Position numbers and translations under genes: made by a program. From IMG/VR virus record IMGVR_UViG_2898074128_000002: a stretch of 64,000 bases of DNA. One strand, 5' to 3'. Below, one piece after another: positions 21,162-30,285 of the stretch. Position 1 is the stretch's first letter. Each line of letters opens with the position of its first letter. A model generated the notes under the pieces. It had not been told where the DNA came from and did no database searches. It saw nothing but the letters and a program-made list of their open reading frames with translations. Source of the DNA: an uncultured virus (IMG/VR IMGVR_UViG_2898074128_000002). Lineage: Duplodnaviria; Heunggongvirae; Uroviricota; Caudoviricetes.

Positions 21162-21717
21162 CATGAAAGCTATCCCCTTCACCTGCGAACCGTTAACCCT
21201 CGTACGGATCATACTGAACAAATACGCAGAAAACCGGGACGGGTTAGACTCAAAAGCCGTGCAGTTTGCCCGCTATGAGTATCTCACTAAACCTACATTG
21301 ACAGACGATAAACTACGTGAACTCCTGTGCGAATACGCTCAAAAAGAAAACCTGTCGAAAATTACGTTCGAAAACCCAGAGGAAGAAGCGGAGCGCATCT
21401 TTCAGTGTATTTACGAATCGGAAACATACAAGGAACTCCTCTTCGATTTTAACCGGCGCGGGTACGGTCGAACCGGACTCGGTGTTATCGACCTCTCAGA
21501 TCGCTCATTCTACGACTGTGAAACTGCTGAGCATTGGGATAAACTCTTAGAAATCCTAGAGAAAAAGTACCCGAAATACAGGGAGGCTTTAACTTTCCTG
21601 AGTATGTATGAATCACTGGACGAACACAACGGTATGTCACGAAAAGACGTGGATGCGTTTATCCTGGAAACTTTCGATTTCGTCGGAGGGTATCAGCCAC
21701 TGGAAGAATGGTTGTAA
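21154..21717 (+). CDS. Hypothetical protein
   Basis: RBS GGAGG; 187 aa. Confidence 0.7.
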   Translation: MSNMKAIPFTCEPLTLVRIILNKYAENRDGLDSKAVQFARYEYLTKPTLTDDKLRELLCEYAQKENLSKITFENPEEEAERIFQCIYESETYKELLFDFNRRGYGRTGLGVIDLSDRSFYDCETAEHWDKLLEILEKKYPKYREALTFLSMYESLDEHNGMSRKDVDAFILETFDFVGGYQPLEEWL

Positions 21718-22195
21718 ACCAATCAGCGAATAACTTGAAAGTAGCCCGAAACGCTTACTGCGAAGGAGGAAATACCTTGATTAAAGAGGAATCCAAAATA
21801 GGAAACTGTGAAAGGTGCAATAAGAAATTTGTTGTGGTTATGGCTTGCGGTTACTTTGTAGGTTTCTTATGTCACGAATGCTATAAGTTTGTTCACGCTA
21901 TTGAATGATTTACAGCAATTAGAAGCATTCCAGACGCAAATTACGAGGGAGTGAGAGCAGGTGGAATGGTCAATAGAAAAGCAGATGATACACGAAAAAT
22001 GGGCTTGGTACAAATTGAAAGGTTATAACTTTGACCAAATTTTAGAGGCTCTTGAAAACGATAAAGAAATTGATAATGAATTATTAAACAGCATCCTAAT
22101 GGAATCTATCAAAAACAAAACGTAATACACTTTACGAAGATTAACATGAATCTGTAGTTAAGACACAAACAGTGCAATAAGAAGGGGATGAAATT

Positions 22196-22378
22196 ATGGC
22201 ACGAATGAAGCGATATGATAGAGGTTATTTAGATGGTCAACTTGATAGCGCCGAAAACGAATTAGAAATACTTTTAAGAATCAAGGAAGAATCAAATGAG
22301 GATTGGCACGAAAGTAATATTTTAATGGTGAGGATTAGAGACAACGAAGAATTTTTAAAGAAGCATGGGCGTTACTGA
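22196..22378 (+). CDS. Small hypothetical protein (cassette-like)
   Basis: RBS AAGGGG; flanked by junction motifs. Confidence 0.6.
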   Translation: MARMKRYDRGYLDGQLDSAENELEILLRIKEESNEDWHESNILMVRIRDNEEFLKKHGRY

Positions 22379-22433
22379 ACAGTTCGATGAAGTAGCTCAG
22401 ACATAAACTATTCACCAAAAGGAGAGAAAAAGT

Positions 22434-22619
22434 ATGGGTAAAAAATGGATGGTATATGATGACTCCTCAGAAGATAAGATTTTTTATGACACATTAGAAG
22501 AAGCCGAGAAAGATTATAAAGATGCGGTTTCTGATATAGAAAACAACAAATATATAGGCGAACACAATATTTATCTGTTTGAAGTCAAACAGCAAAAGAA
22601 ACTCACTTTTTATCCATAA
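22434..22619 (+). CDS. Small hypothetical protein (cassette-like)
   Basis: RBS AAGGAG; flanked by junction motifs. Confidence 0.6.
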   Translation: MGKKWMVYDDSSEDKIFYDTLEEAEKDYKDAVSDIENNKYIGEHNIYLFEVKQQKKLTFYP

Positions 22620-22679
22620 GGATAATGAACATTTCGAAGATGCTGAACATTAGACCAAAACTGCGAAGGAGGAAAAGAC

Positions 22680-22985
22680 TTGGATTTTAAAAAAGGACAT
22701 TCAAACAGAGGTTTTGGAAACATCGAATTTAAAGATAGATATGGTGCTGAGTGTAGCATAGAGAAATCTTCTTTAGCTACAGAGGATGCAATTTGGTTTG
22801 GTATAAATGACGCTGAACCTAAGATAATGGCTTCCCAGACAAAAGAAGGAGGTACTGGGTGGGTTACTTATGACATTCCTAAAGATGTGTTACTTACTAC
22901 AAGGATGCACTTAACACAAGAGCAGGTTAGGGAGTTATTGCCAATCCTACAAGTGTTTGCGGAAACAGGTGAATTGCCAGATTGA
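22680..22985 (+). CDS. Phage-type hypothetical protein (cassette-like)
   Basis: RGF..IEFKDRYG..CSIEKSSLATEDAIWFG...RMHLTQEQV; TTG start after AAGGAGG. Confidence 0.7.
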   Translation: MDFKKGHSNRGFGNIEFKDRYGAECSIEKSSLATEDAIWFGINDAEPKIMASQTKEGGTGWVTYDIPKDVLLTTRMHLTQEQVRELLPILQVFAETGELPD

Positions 22986-23096
22986 TGCACAGTACGAGGA
23001 CAACCTAAAACAATAACGCCTGTCACATAAGAGCAAAAAAGACGCTCCTGATTTCGTGGCAGGCGTTTTAAATTTACTTAAAAGGAGAGAGAAACC

Positions 23097-23462
23097 ATGC
23101 CAAGACAAAAAGTAAAACGATCCCGCTATCGCTATATCACAAACGGCACGGTTGTCGGTTCTGATCCGATCACCCATTTTCGGCTGATTGCCGGCAACAA
23201 TATGTCAGCCCCTTATCACGGAGCGACGGCTCTTAGAGTCCGCATCCCGAAAGACCTGCAGCTGACGAAATGCAGCTGCGACTCGTATTCCACCACGGAT
23301 GATAAGCGCACCCTCGATGAACTCGGATATGACTTTATGATCCGGGATGAAACGAAGAAAAAATGGGTTATCAAAAACGAATTCAAAGGTACACGACCAT
23401 GCGACGTTGACCTTTATGTTGCGCGGGAATCCCTGGAGAAGAAAGTTGGCGCTCTGTCATAA
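23097..23462 (+). CDS. Hypothetical protein
   Basis: RBS AAAGGAG. Confidence 0.65.
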   Translation: MPRQKVKRSRYRYITNGTVVGSDPITHFRLIAGNNMSAPYHGATALRVRIPKDLQLTKCSCDSYSTTDDKRTLDELGYDFMIRDETKKKWVIKNEFKGTRPCDVDLYVARESLEKKVGALS

Positions 23463-23519
23463 GGGTGCCACCTCTCCCCCACTCTATACAATCGGTCGTT
23501 CAGAAAGGGGGGGATAAAA

Positions 23520-23765
23520 ATGATCGATAAAGAAAACGTGGTGAAAATAAAATTTACAAAGTACATAGGGGATCACGCCTTTGAAATGGTAGCGCTGTTT
23601 AACAAGAGAAGAATCTCCGAAGACGAAGTGGATGACATCATCAAAACGGGGTCCTATCACCCGCAGGTAATTGTTATGGATAAGCCCCAGTTCATGAACG
23701 TATTTGTTGCGGATGATGCCACAAACCAAACAAAGGAGCGTAGCAATGATGACGAAACAAACTGA
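23520..23765 (+). CDS. Hypothetical protein
   Basis: RBS AAAGGGGG. Confidence 0.6.
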   Translation: MIDKENVVKIKFTKYIGDHAFEMVALFNKRRISEDEVDDIIKTGSYHPQVIVMDKPQFMNVFVADDATNQTKERSNDDETN

Positions 23766-24288
23766 CAGCATCCGGTTCGGTATTACTCAATCAGGTGTAC
23801 CAGCCACTGTTATTCTCAGCTGGGCGGAAATCCTGGAAAGTCCCCACCCTGCCCTGCTGCACGCAGAACGTATGCAGCCGTATAATCAGCAAACGAAAGA
23901 AGGCCAGCCGTTATACGAAAACGACATCCTCTCCCTCAAACCAAAAGACCTGGACGAAAATGACGGGTTCTGGGGTTCCGGTGTCGGAAAAAAAGCCAGG
24001 GATATCGGCGTGGATGATATACAACTCCACCTGTCACCTCAAGGTCACGAACCAATGACAGCGATCCTGTATTTATTAAAAGACGGGCGTCCAGTCACAG
24101 AGCATGAATTTTACGAGCCGAATTCCCTCTCGAATAGAGAATCCGAGGTCTGGCGAGAAACCGGTGTGGACATGCTCTTTATTCGCTACCTGCTCCATAA
24201 AGGAGCAGTACTCATCGGAAACAGCTGGGATCACCCCCATCTTACCGACGCTTATCAAAACAAAGATAAAATATTACGTAATATGTAA
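23746..24288 (+). CDS. YopX-like protein
   Basis: MQPYNQQTKEGQPLYENDIL and C-terminal VLIGNSWDHPHL resemble YopX motifs. Confidence 0.55.
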   Translation: MMTKQTDSIRFGITQSGVPATVILSWAEILESPHPALLHAERMQPYNQQTKEGQPLYENDILSLKPKDLDENDGFWGSGVGKKARDIGVDDIQLHLSPQGHEPMTAILYLLKDGRPVTEHEFYEPNSLSNRESEVWRETGVDMLFIRYLLHKGAVLIGNSWDHPHLTDAYQNKDKILRNM

Positions 24289-24334
24289 TAGTAATATTGT
24301 TTAAAAACAGATAATACAGGAGGTTTCTTCCCGC

Positions 24335-24640
24335 ATGGTAGATAACGGATCAGCAACACCAACCCCCACCGCGCCAAACCCGCACGACTTTTCAGACCTA
24401 ACGTGGGAACTCTCCCACGGGGTCCGGGTTCAGACACAGCAGTATGATGACACACTGTACGCCTTTGAAGTCACCCAGCATGACAAATGTCTGGGTACAC
24501 TTATTCCGAACAATTTCGGGGACATGGAGCGCATGAAATACGTCCTTGATAACAACCTCCCTCTTGACGGGTTCGAATGTAACGATGAATTCGGGACGGT
24601 CATCCGTGTAGAGAAAGAATCCAATAGAAAGAGATGGTGA
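24335..24640 (+). CDS. Hypothetical protein
   Basis: RBS AGGAGG; preceded by TATTACA operator-like motif. Confidence 0.6.
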   Translation: MVDNGSATPTPTAPNPHDFSDLTWELSHGVRVQTQQYDDTLYAFEVTQHDKCLGTLIPNNFGDMERMKYVLDNNLPLDGFECNDEFGTVIRVEKESNRKRW

Positions 24641-25047
24641 GCATGAGCGCCATGAAGAAAACCCAGCACATCGCTGATGCGATCATCCGGGAGCTTAAAT
24701 CCCACGGCGTTATCATACAGCGTTATGACTCGCTGTCTTCGCGCAGCATTTACCTAAAACTAGATTACGGTGTATCCAAAAGCGTCCGGATTAGCGATCA
24801 CAAAGGGAAAAAGCACCTAAACTATCGCTATAATATCCAAACCGACATTCAGACGTACAGATATGATCGTCAAACGAAGCGGTTCTTCTATCCAGCAGAC
24901 GATATCCAGGGTCTACTCCGTCAAATTTTAAAAGACCGAGAGGACAAGAAAATACGTTACGGTAACAACTACAATGTGTTTATGATGCAAAACATTGAAG
25001 CCAACGGCCATAAAAATGGCTTCTGGGCAGACTCGCATATCGTTTAA
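24634..25047 (+). CDS. Hypothetical protein with SIYL...RISDH motif
   Basis: ORF; motif typical of mobile-element polyvalent-protein domains (inference). Confidence 0.65.
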   Translation: MVSMSAMKKTQHIADAIIRELKSHGVIIQRYDSLSSRSIYLKLDYGVSKSVRISDHKGKKHLNYRYNIQTDIQTYRYDRQTKRFFYPADDIQGLLRQILKDREDKKIRYGNNYNVFMMQNIEANGHKNGFWADSHIV

Positions 25048-25135
25048 GATACCAATACTTCTTACCAGTTAAAGACGAGCGACCCTTCGTGGTATCTCGT
25101 CTTTTCTCTATCCAGCAAAAGACGAATAGGAGCGA

Positions 25136-25378
25136 ATGACCATGTTGACACAGAAACCGAGTAAAGCGAAATCTACTGGAGCAACTACTCTAAAACACGC
25201 CGAGAAAATCATGGACAAAAAGACAAAGCGTAAATACAAAAAGATGTTCAAACAAACAACCCGTCGCAAACAGCGCCTTATTGAAAAACAGGAGACCAGA
25301 CGCATCATCCACGAATATGACCAAGACCAATGGGAGGATGACCACAATGAACGCACTAAATATTCTACCGGCCTTTGA
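25136..25378 (+). CDS. Small basic hypothetical protein
   Basis: RBS AGGAG; Lys/Arg-rich. Confidence 0.5.
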   Translation: MTMLTQKPSKAKSTGATTLKHAEKIMDKKTKRKYKKMFKQTTRRKQRLIEKQETRRIIHEYDQDQWEDDHNERTKYSTGL

Positions 25379-26072
25379 TACGAGCAATCTGCAGAAATCC
25401 AGCCGTGTAATGCACTTAGAACAGGAGCTTACGACTTTGGGGTTCGACCAGGCGCTTAAAGCCTTTGACCTGGTATTAACGGAAATGAGCGCGGAAAAAG
25501 GGTTCAAACGTCATGACGGGTTTCACTATTATTATCATTTGGTGGATGTGGCTCAGATTCTATTAAACTTTGGCATCAAAGATCAGGACATCATCACCGC
25601 TGCCCTCTTGCATGACTTTATTGAAGATGTGGACTGGGGAACATTTGAATACGTCAAAGATCAATTCAATATCCGTGTGGCCAACATCGTCCTCAAGCTC
25701 ACCAAGAAAAAAGATGTGGACTATAAAACCGACCTGGGAGAAATGGATCGCTATCTGAGCGGTATTGCAGACATGTACGAATGCGCGTTAATAAAGACGG
25801 CTGATAGAATTCACAATTTCAGTTCGATGAGAAACTCATCCAGAGTCCACCGGGCCAAGCAGGTCAAAGAAACACGGGACTTCTACATTCCGTTTTTCAA
25901 AGCATGCAGAAATCAGTATGTGCGGTACAGTAACTTCTTCTTCTTTGCCAGAACCACGATTGAGCCGATCCTGCTTGAGATCGAGAAGGGTATCGCTTTA
26001 GAAATCGAAGTTGAACGACTGAAGTCCGAGCTGGCAGCATGCCAAGAAGGAGGTAAAAACCATGAGTCTTAA
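25347..26072 (+). CDS. HD-domain hydrolase, RelA/SpoT/Mesh1-like small alarmone hydrolase
   Basis: RHDG..YYYHLVDVA, AALLHDFIED, IKTADRIHN motifs; no synthetase domain. Confidence 0.85.
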   Translation: MNALNILPAFDTSNLQKSSRVMHLEQELTTLGFDQALKAFDLVLTEMSAEKGFKRHDGFHYYYHLVDVAQILLNFGIKDQDIITAALLHDFIEDVDWGTFEYVKDQFNIRVANIVLKLTKKKDVDYKTDLGEMDRYLSGIADMYECALIKTADRIHNFSSMRNSSRVHRAKQVKETRDFYIPFFKACRNQYVRYSNFFFFARTTIEPILLEIEKGIALEIEVERLKSELAACQEGGKNHES

Positions 26073-26349
26073 TCAGGCCGTTATTTTAAACAGCGGAGGG
26101 TTGACGCTGCAAAAAGTAACCAAAGCCCAGGTTAGGAAAGTGATCCGTGAAAAAGGTTCGTTTCGGGGCTTTATTTGCGGAAATCGGGTGAACCCGGCTC
26201 ATATAAATGACGGGTGGCATCTCGGGATGCAATTCGAAGCGAAAAACGTCCGGGATTTTCAGGAAAGAGTAGACAATTTCGAAGTGGGGCTCCGCGTCCA
26301 TACGCAAGGACTCGGCAGCTACGCCCACTTTTATCAAATCGTGGAGTGA
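26062..26349 (+). CDS. Hypothetical protein
   Basis: RBS AGGAGG. Confidence 0.65.
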   Translation: MSLNQAVILNSGGLTLQKVTKAQVRKVIREKGSFRGFICGNRVNPAHINDGWHLGMQFEAKNVRDFQERVDNFEVGLRVHTQGLGSYAHFYQIVE

Positions 26350-26451
26350 ACAAAAACGGTGGTATTCAAGCGAATACCACCGTTATTTTTTGTGAAACGC
26401 CCCCTCCACCTATTCAAATTATAGTGAAATCAAAAAGGAGAGTGACAGAGC

Positions 26452-26736
26452 ATGACACAGGAACAACAAACAGGAAACAGATTAACGGAAGTTACGATAA
26501 ATACGATTATCACGATGGTGGTGTTAATCAAACAACCACTAAGCGTCAAGATGGCGGACGACAAAGAGTATGACATCGTCTGGAACAAGCAGCATACCGA
26601 GCCGGAACTCATCGAACCGGGAAAAGACGTGACAACCGTCAGAGGAATCGTTCAGATCGTTCGCTGGCTGGAGGAGCAAACTGCCGTAACAGACTGGTAT
26701 GCGCAGACAAAGCATTATACTCAGCCGAACGGCTAA
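26452..26736 (+). CDS. Hypothetical protein
   Basis: RBS AAGGAG. Confidence 0.6.
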   Translation: MTQEQQTGNRLTEVTINTIITMVVLIKQPLSVKMADDKEYDIVWNKQHTEPELIEPGKDVTTVRGIVQIVRWLEEQTAVTDWYAQTKHYTQPNG

Positions 26737-26829
26737 CTCCCCTCCCCTGCTACTAAGAGCCTGACAGATACTCTCTCCTGACAGCCTTGTCCAAAAAACG
26801 ATATAGATACAAAAAAAGGAGTGTTTGCT

Positions 26830-27261
26830 ATGAAAAATCAAAACAACATAACGGAATTTAACGGGGAGTACCACTTTTTGAGCAATTTTTACGAGTCACC
26901 AATCGTGTATAACGGTATTAAATACCGTAACGCCGAAGCGGCCTTCCAGGCGCAGAAACAACCGGAACGGGCGCATGAATTCTCCCCGCTCCCGCCAAAC
27001 GAAGCCAAAAGGCTGGGTCGCAGGGTAAAACTACGCGCCGACTGGGATCATGTGAAGATAGGTATCATGCGAGACATCGTGACCGCCAAGTTTGAACGAA
27101 ACCCTTACCTCAAAGACAGACTTCTGGCTACTGGTGATGCGACGCTCATCGAAGGGAACTGGTGGAACGACAGGTTCTGGGGTGTTTGTAACGGAGAAGG
27201 TCGCAACGAGCTCGGTAAGATCCTGATGGAACTACGAACAAAACTAAAGGGTCGGTCCTAA
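26830..27261 (+). CDS. NADAR (YbiA-like) family protein
   Basis: FLSNFY, EAAFQAQK, AKRLGR, LLATGDATLIEGN, DRFWG, GRNELGKILMELR. Confidence 0.92.
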   Translation: MKNQNNITEFNGEYHFLSNFYESPIVYNGIKYRNAEAAFQAQKQPERAHEFSPLPPNEAKRLGRRVKLRADWDHVKIGIMRDIVTAKFERNPYLKDRLLATGDATLIEGNWWNDRFWGVCNGEGRNELGKILMELRTKLKGRS

Positions 27262-27548
27262 ATGGCTGAAACTATAAGCGTTGAAAATCAACTAGTAAAC
27301 CGCTTAAATGACTTGAATGATGATTACAACACGGATGCTCTCGTCACTGACGAGAGCATTGACCGTGATACCAAACTAAAAGTGTTGCACCTATACGGCA
27401 AGCAGTTCAGTTACGGTCATAGTGCCGCATGGACAGAAGCCATGGCGCTCACCCTGGATGTGCTGGACATTTCGATTAAAGAAATCAACTAACGTCCAAA
27501 ACTTACTGAATCATAAACACAAACAGTTCACTAAGAGAGGGATTTGAA

Positions 27549-27980
27549 ATGGAATTAAAATTAACAATGTATGCCATTGGAAACGAAGATAATGATTCTT
27601 GGTTTAACGCTGAGGCAGGTGGATGGGTGGATGAGTCTGACCTAGAAGGAGAGTGCTTATTTCCAACATTTTATGTCGCTCACAATTACATGGAGGAAAA
27701 TGTGGATGATGAATCAGCAAAGATATATAAAGTTATGATTCTAACAAGTCAGAGTTACGAATATGAACCTGTTCATTTACCTAATGTAACATCGCAAGAA
27801 AAGCTTGACCGTATTGAAAAGGGGGCTTTTATTAAAAAACAAATTTTTATTCTTTTGGAGTTGCTTTTTTGTGTATCACTTATTGTTTTAATAGCTTTTG
27901 TATCTCCATATTTAGCAATGTTTATAATAGATTTGTTAGATAGTTGGTTAAAGTGGCTGGAAGAGATTTTTAATAGATGA
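27549..27980 (+). CDS. AT-rich hypothetical protein with C-terminal TM (cassette-like)
   Basis: Lower GC than neighbours; bracketed by junction half-motifs. Confidence 0.65.
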   Translation: MELKLTMYAIGNEDNDSWFNAEAGGWVDESDLEGECLFPTFYVAHNYMEENVDDESAKIYKVMILTSQSYEYEPVHLPNVTSQEKLDRIEKGAFIKKQIFILLELLFCVSLIVLIAFVSPYLAMFIIDLLDSWLKWLEEIFNR

Positions 27981-28025
27981 GCAATACGAAGAAGAAATCC
28001 CCTAACGATAAAGGAGTGAGGTCAC

Positions 28026-28343
28026 ATGCCAGCGATTAAAGCAATCGATGCGAAAGAAGAAGTATCTGAAAAACTCAATAATCTCGTCCAGTCAAGGGAG
28101 AAAGTACTTGGTGTCCGCACACTGGAAATTGTGAAGGACCGTCACGGCAACACGCATATTCTGGCAGAACGAATCCGGGATAAATCCCTAATCGTATGGA
28201 CCTCTTATTTTACTGGAGAGGAAAAAACCTCTTATGAGGGGTATCATCACGGCGAATACGACCTTTCTCTGACAGATGCTATCGACCTGCTCAGAGAGCG
28301 ATCCGGTAAAAGTGTCGAGTATATAGAAAAAATCAGTTCTTAA
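28026..28343 (+). CDS. Hypothetical protein
   Basis: RBS AAGGAGTGAGG. Confidence 0.65.
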   Translation: MPAIKAIDAKEEVSEKLNNLVQSREKVLGVRTLEIVKDRHGNTHILAERIRDKSLIVWTSYFTGEEKTSYEGYHHGEYDLSLTDAIDLLRERSGKSVEYIEKISS

Positions 28344-28408
28344 TAGCTTTAGGTAACACCAGTCGCTACGCCCCATCAGTCAAACGAAAATACAACAACT
28401 AAAGGAGA

Positions 28409-28774
28409 ATGGGTATTATGGGGACTATTTCCAATATTCCTGAAAATAACAGCAACATACAAGGTTCATACGACATGGCGCAAGTAGAATTCAAAGGTGG
28501 TAAAGTTCATATCTCGGATATGAAGGACCGGTCAGTCACGACGAAAGATTTAAAAGAAATGACAATGACAACGTATGCCAGAATGAAAATTCCTCCGAAG
28601 ATGACCGATACGGCACTGCTTAGAACCGCTGAACGCTACCTGTCTCAATGTTCCGATTCAGGTTACCCATATGTGACGTATAACGATGCGCTGGTTCACA
28701 CGATCGTACCGGAATTGATTCATAGACTAAAAGAAATGTCCAAGCAGTATCAGGCCAATGTGAAAAAACAATAA
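28409..28774 (+). CDS. Hypothetical protein
   Basis: RBS AAAGGAG; followed by terminator-like hairpin. Confidence 0.6.
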   Translation: MGIMGTISNIPENNSNIQGSYDMAQVEFKGGKVHISDMKDRSVTTKDLKEMTMTTYARMKIPPKMTDTALLRTAERYLSQCSDSGYPYVTYNDALVHTIVPELIHRLKEMSKQYQANVKKQ

Positions 28775-28837
28775 GCCAAACAAGCCGATAATCTATCGGC
28801 TTGTTTTATTGCTTAGCGAAATGGAGCGTGAACTCTT

Positions 28838-29119
28838 ATGCCAGAACTGAGACAAAGGCGCACCTTTAATGCAAAAGGGTACCTTGGGGCCGAACAAATT
28901 GTCCGCGATATACAGGAAAAAGGTGTCTCCGCCAAAATCAGTGAGACGTGGTGGGATTACGGCGCTGGTATCAGGACCGAAACCATTCTTGTATATAGTA
29001 AAAAATTAAAAATGTGGTATCAAGCGCTCAACCCGATCGATTTTGAAGAACTAAATCAAGGAAAAATACCATCGGCCTATGACCGCATCATGAGCCAGGC
29101 AGTCCGGGCTTCCGCATAA
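28838..29119 (+). CDS. Hypothetical protein
   Basis: RBS GGAG. Confidence 0.6.
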   Translation: MPELRQRRTFNAKGYLGAEQIVRDIQEKGVSAKISETWWDYGAGIRTETILVYSKKLKMWYQALNPIDFEELNQGKIPSAYDRIMSQAVRASA

Positions 29120-29357
29120 AACTCATAATACCAAGGAGGAATTCTCATGCCGCACTTTGATTTCAGCAACCTGAAAGAACCGGATCAATTTCAAAAAGAA
29201 GGTTACCGACTGCAAGCCATGTCCACGAACGGCAACAACCATGTAACGTCGTACATCGCCAAAAAAGACAACCGTCGGGTGTATGGCTATTACAACTACC
29301 AGGACGCCGCCTATATCGAAGAACCGGTGTGACATCTAAAATTCAATAGAAGGAGCA

Positions 29358-29906
29358 ATGACCATGCCAAGATATACGAAGCCAGTCACAGCCAAGGATC
29401 TGACTGACACGATCGACCAACTTATCCATAAAAATCAGGATCTCGCAGATGACATTGAAAACCTACTTATTTGTGCAGAAGAATGTACCGGCACAAGCCT
29501 CTTGGAGAAAGACCTATCCAAGTTTTATTTTGAGAATGTTCTCTTAAAAAACACCACACCTCCCTCCCATCCGGTCTATCACCTTCTGGGTGTGACACAG
29601 ATCGGACAGGTGAGGTGTCTTGGCATCTTAATCGGAACGGATTACGGGACGCCATTTTACGCCGTCCTTTATCTCGATGACAAAGGGCGCCCGCGAGGAT
29701 ACATCCCAAAAGCCGGGAACGCTATCAATCCGTTAACAAAACAACCATTTGGTGACGGAGATATTGACGACGATCAAATCGCCAGACGGCTCGGGTATGC
29801 CAGCTATCGGGACATGGACTATAACCAACCGTCCGTACAGGCGCATTTTTATAAAACAGATTTACTCGAAAAAGACATCTCGGGGCGCATCCAGCTCCGA
29901 GCGTAA
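29358..29906 (+). CDS. Hypothetical protein
   Basis: RBS AAGGAG; 182 aa. Confidence 0.7.
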   Translation: MTMPRYTKPVTAKDLTDTIDQLIHKNQDLADDIENLLICAEECTGTSLLEKDLSKFYFENVLLKNTTPPSHPVYHLLGVTQIGQVRCLGILIGTDYGTPFYAVLYLDDKGRPRGYIPKAGNAINPLTKQPFGDGDIDDDQIARRLGYASYRDMDYNQPSVQAHFYKTDLLEKDISGRIQLRA

Positions 29907-29937
29907 AGCCAAACATACATGAAAGGAGAACGCAATC

Positions 29938-30270
29938 GTGACCGAAAAACAATTACTTGAGGAAAAAGAAAAATTACTTGTACGCATCGGCACCATCGAT
30001 GAAAAACTCAAAAGAATAGAAAATATGAAAAAACCGTATGTAGCCTGTATCTCATCATATAGTGGCGGAGGAAGATCAGCATTTGCCACAGAAGCACAAG
30101 CACGGAAGAAGCTCGATGAGTATTCCGGAAAGCAATATTTCCGAAATGGATTGAGCTGGGGAACCTACTTGTTTAAGCATAACGAGGACGGAACGAAAAC
30201 ACTGATCGAAGTGCGCCCAATGAACAGACCCAATTTTTATCCAAGCGAGTTTAAAAAAGCAGATGAATAA
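29938..30270 (+). CDS. Hypothetical protein
   Basis: RBS AAAGGAG. Confidence 0.65.
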   Translation: MTEKQLLEEKEKLLVRIGTIDEKLKRIENMKKPYVACISSYSGGGRSAFATEAQARKKLDEYSGKQYFRNGLSWGTYLFKHNEDGTKTLIEVRPMNRPNFYPSEFKKADE

Positions 30271-30285
30271 AAAGGAGCATGCCTT

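Noticed and set aside
17400..23010. CRISPR array
   Set aside because: Repeats are degenerate and separated by whole ORFs of variable length; no cas genes are present.
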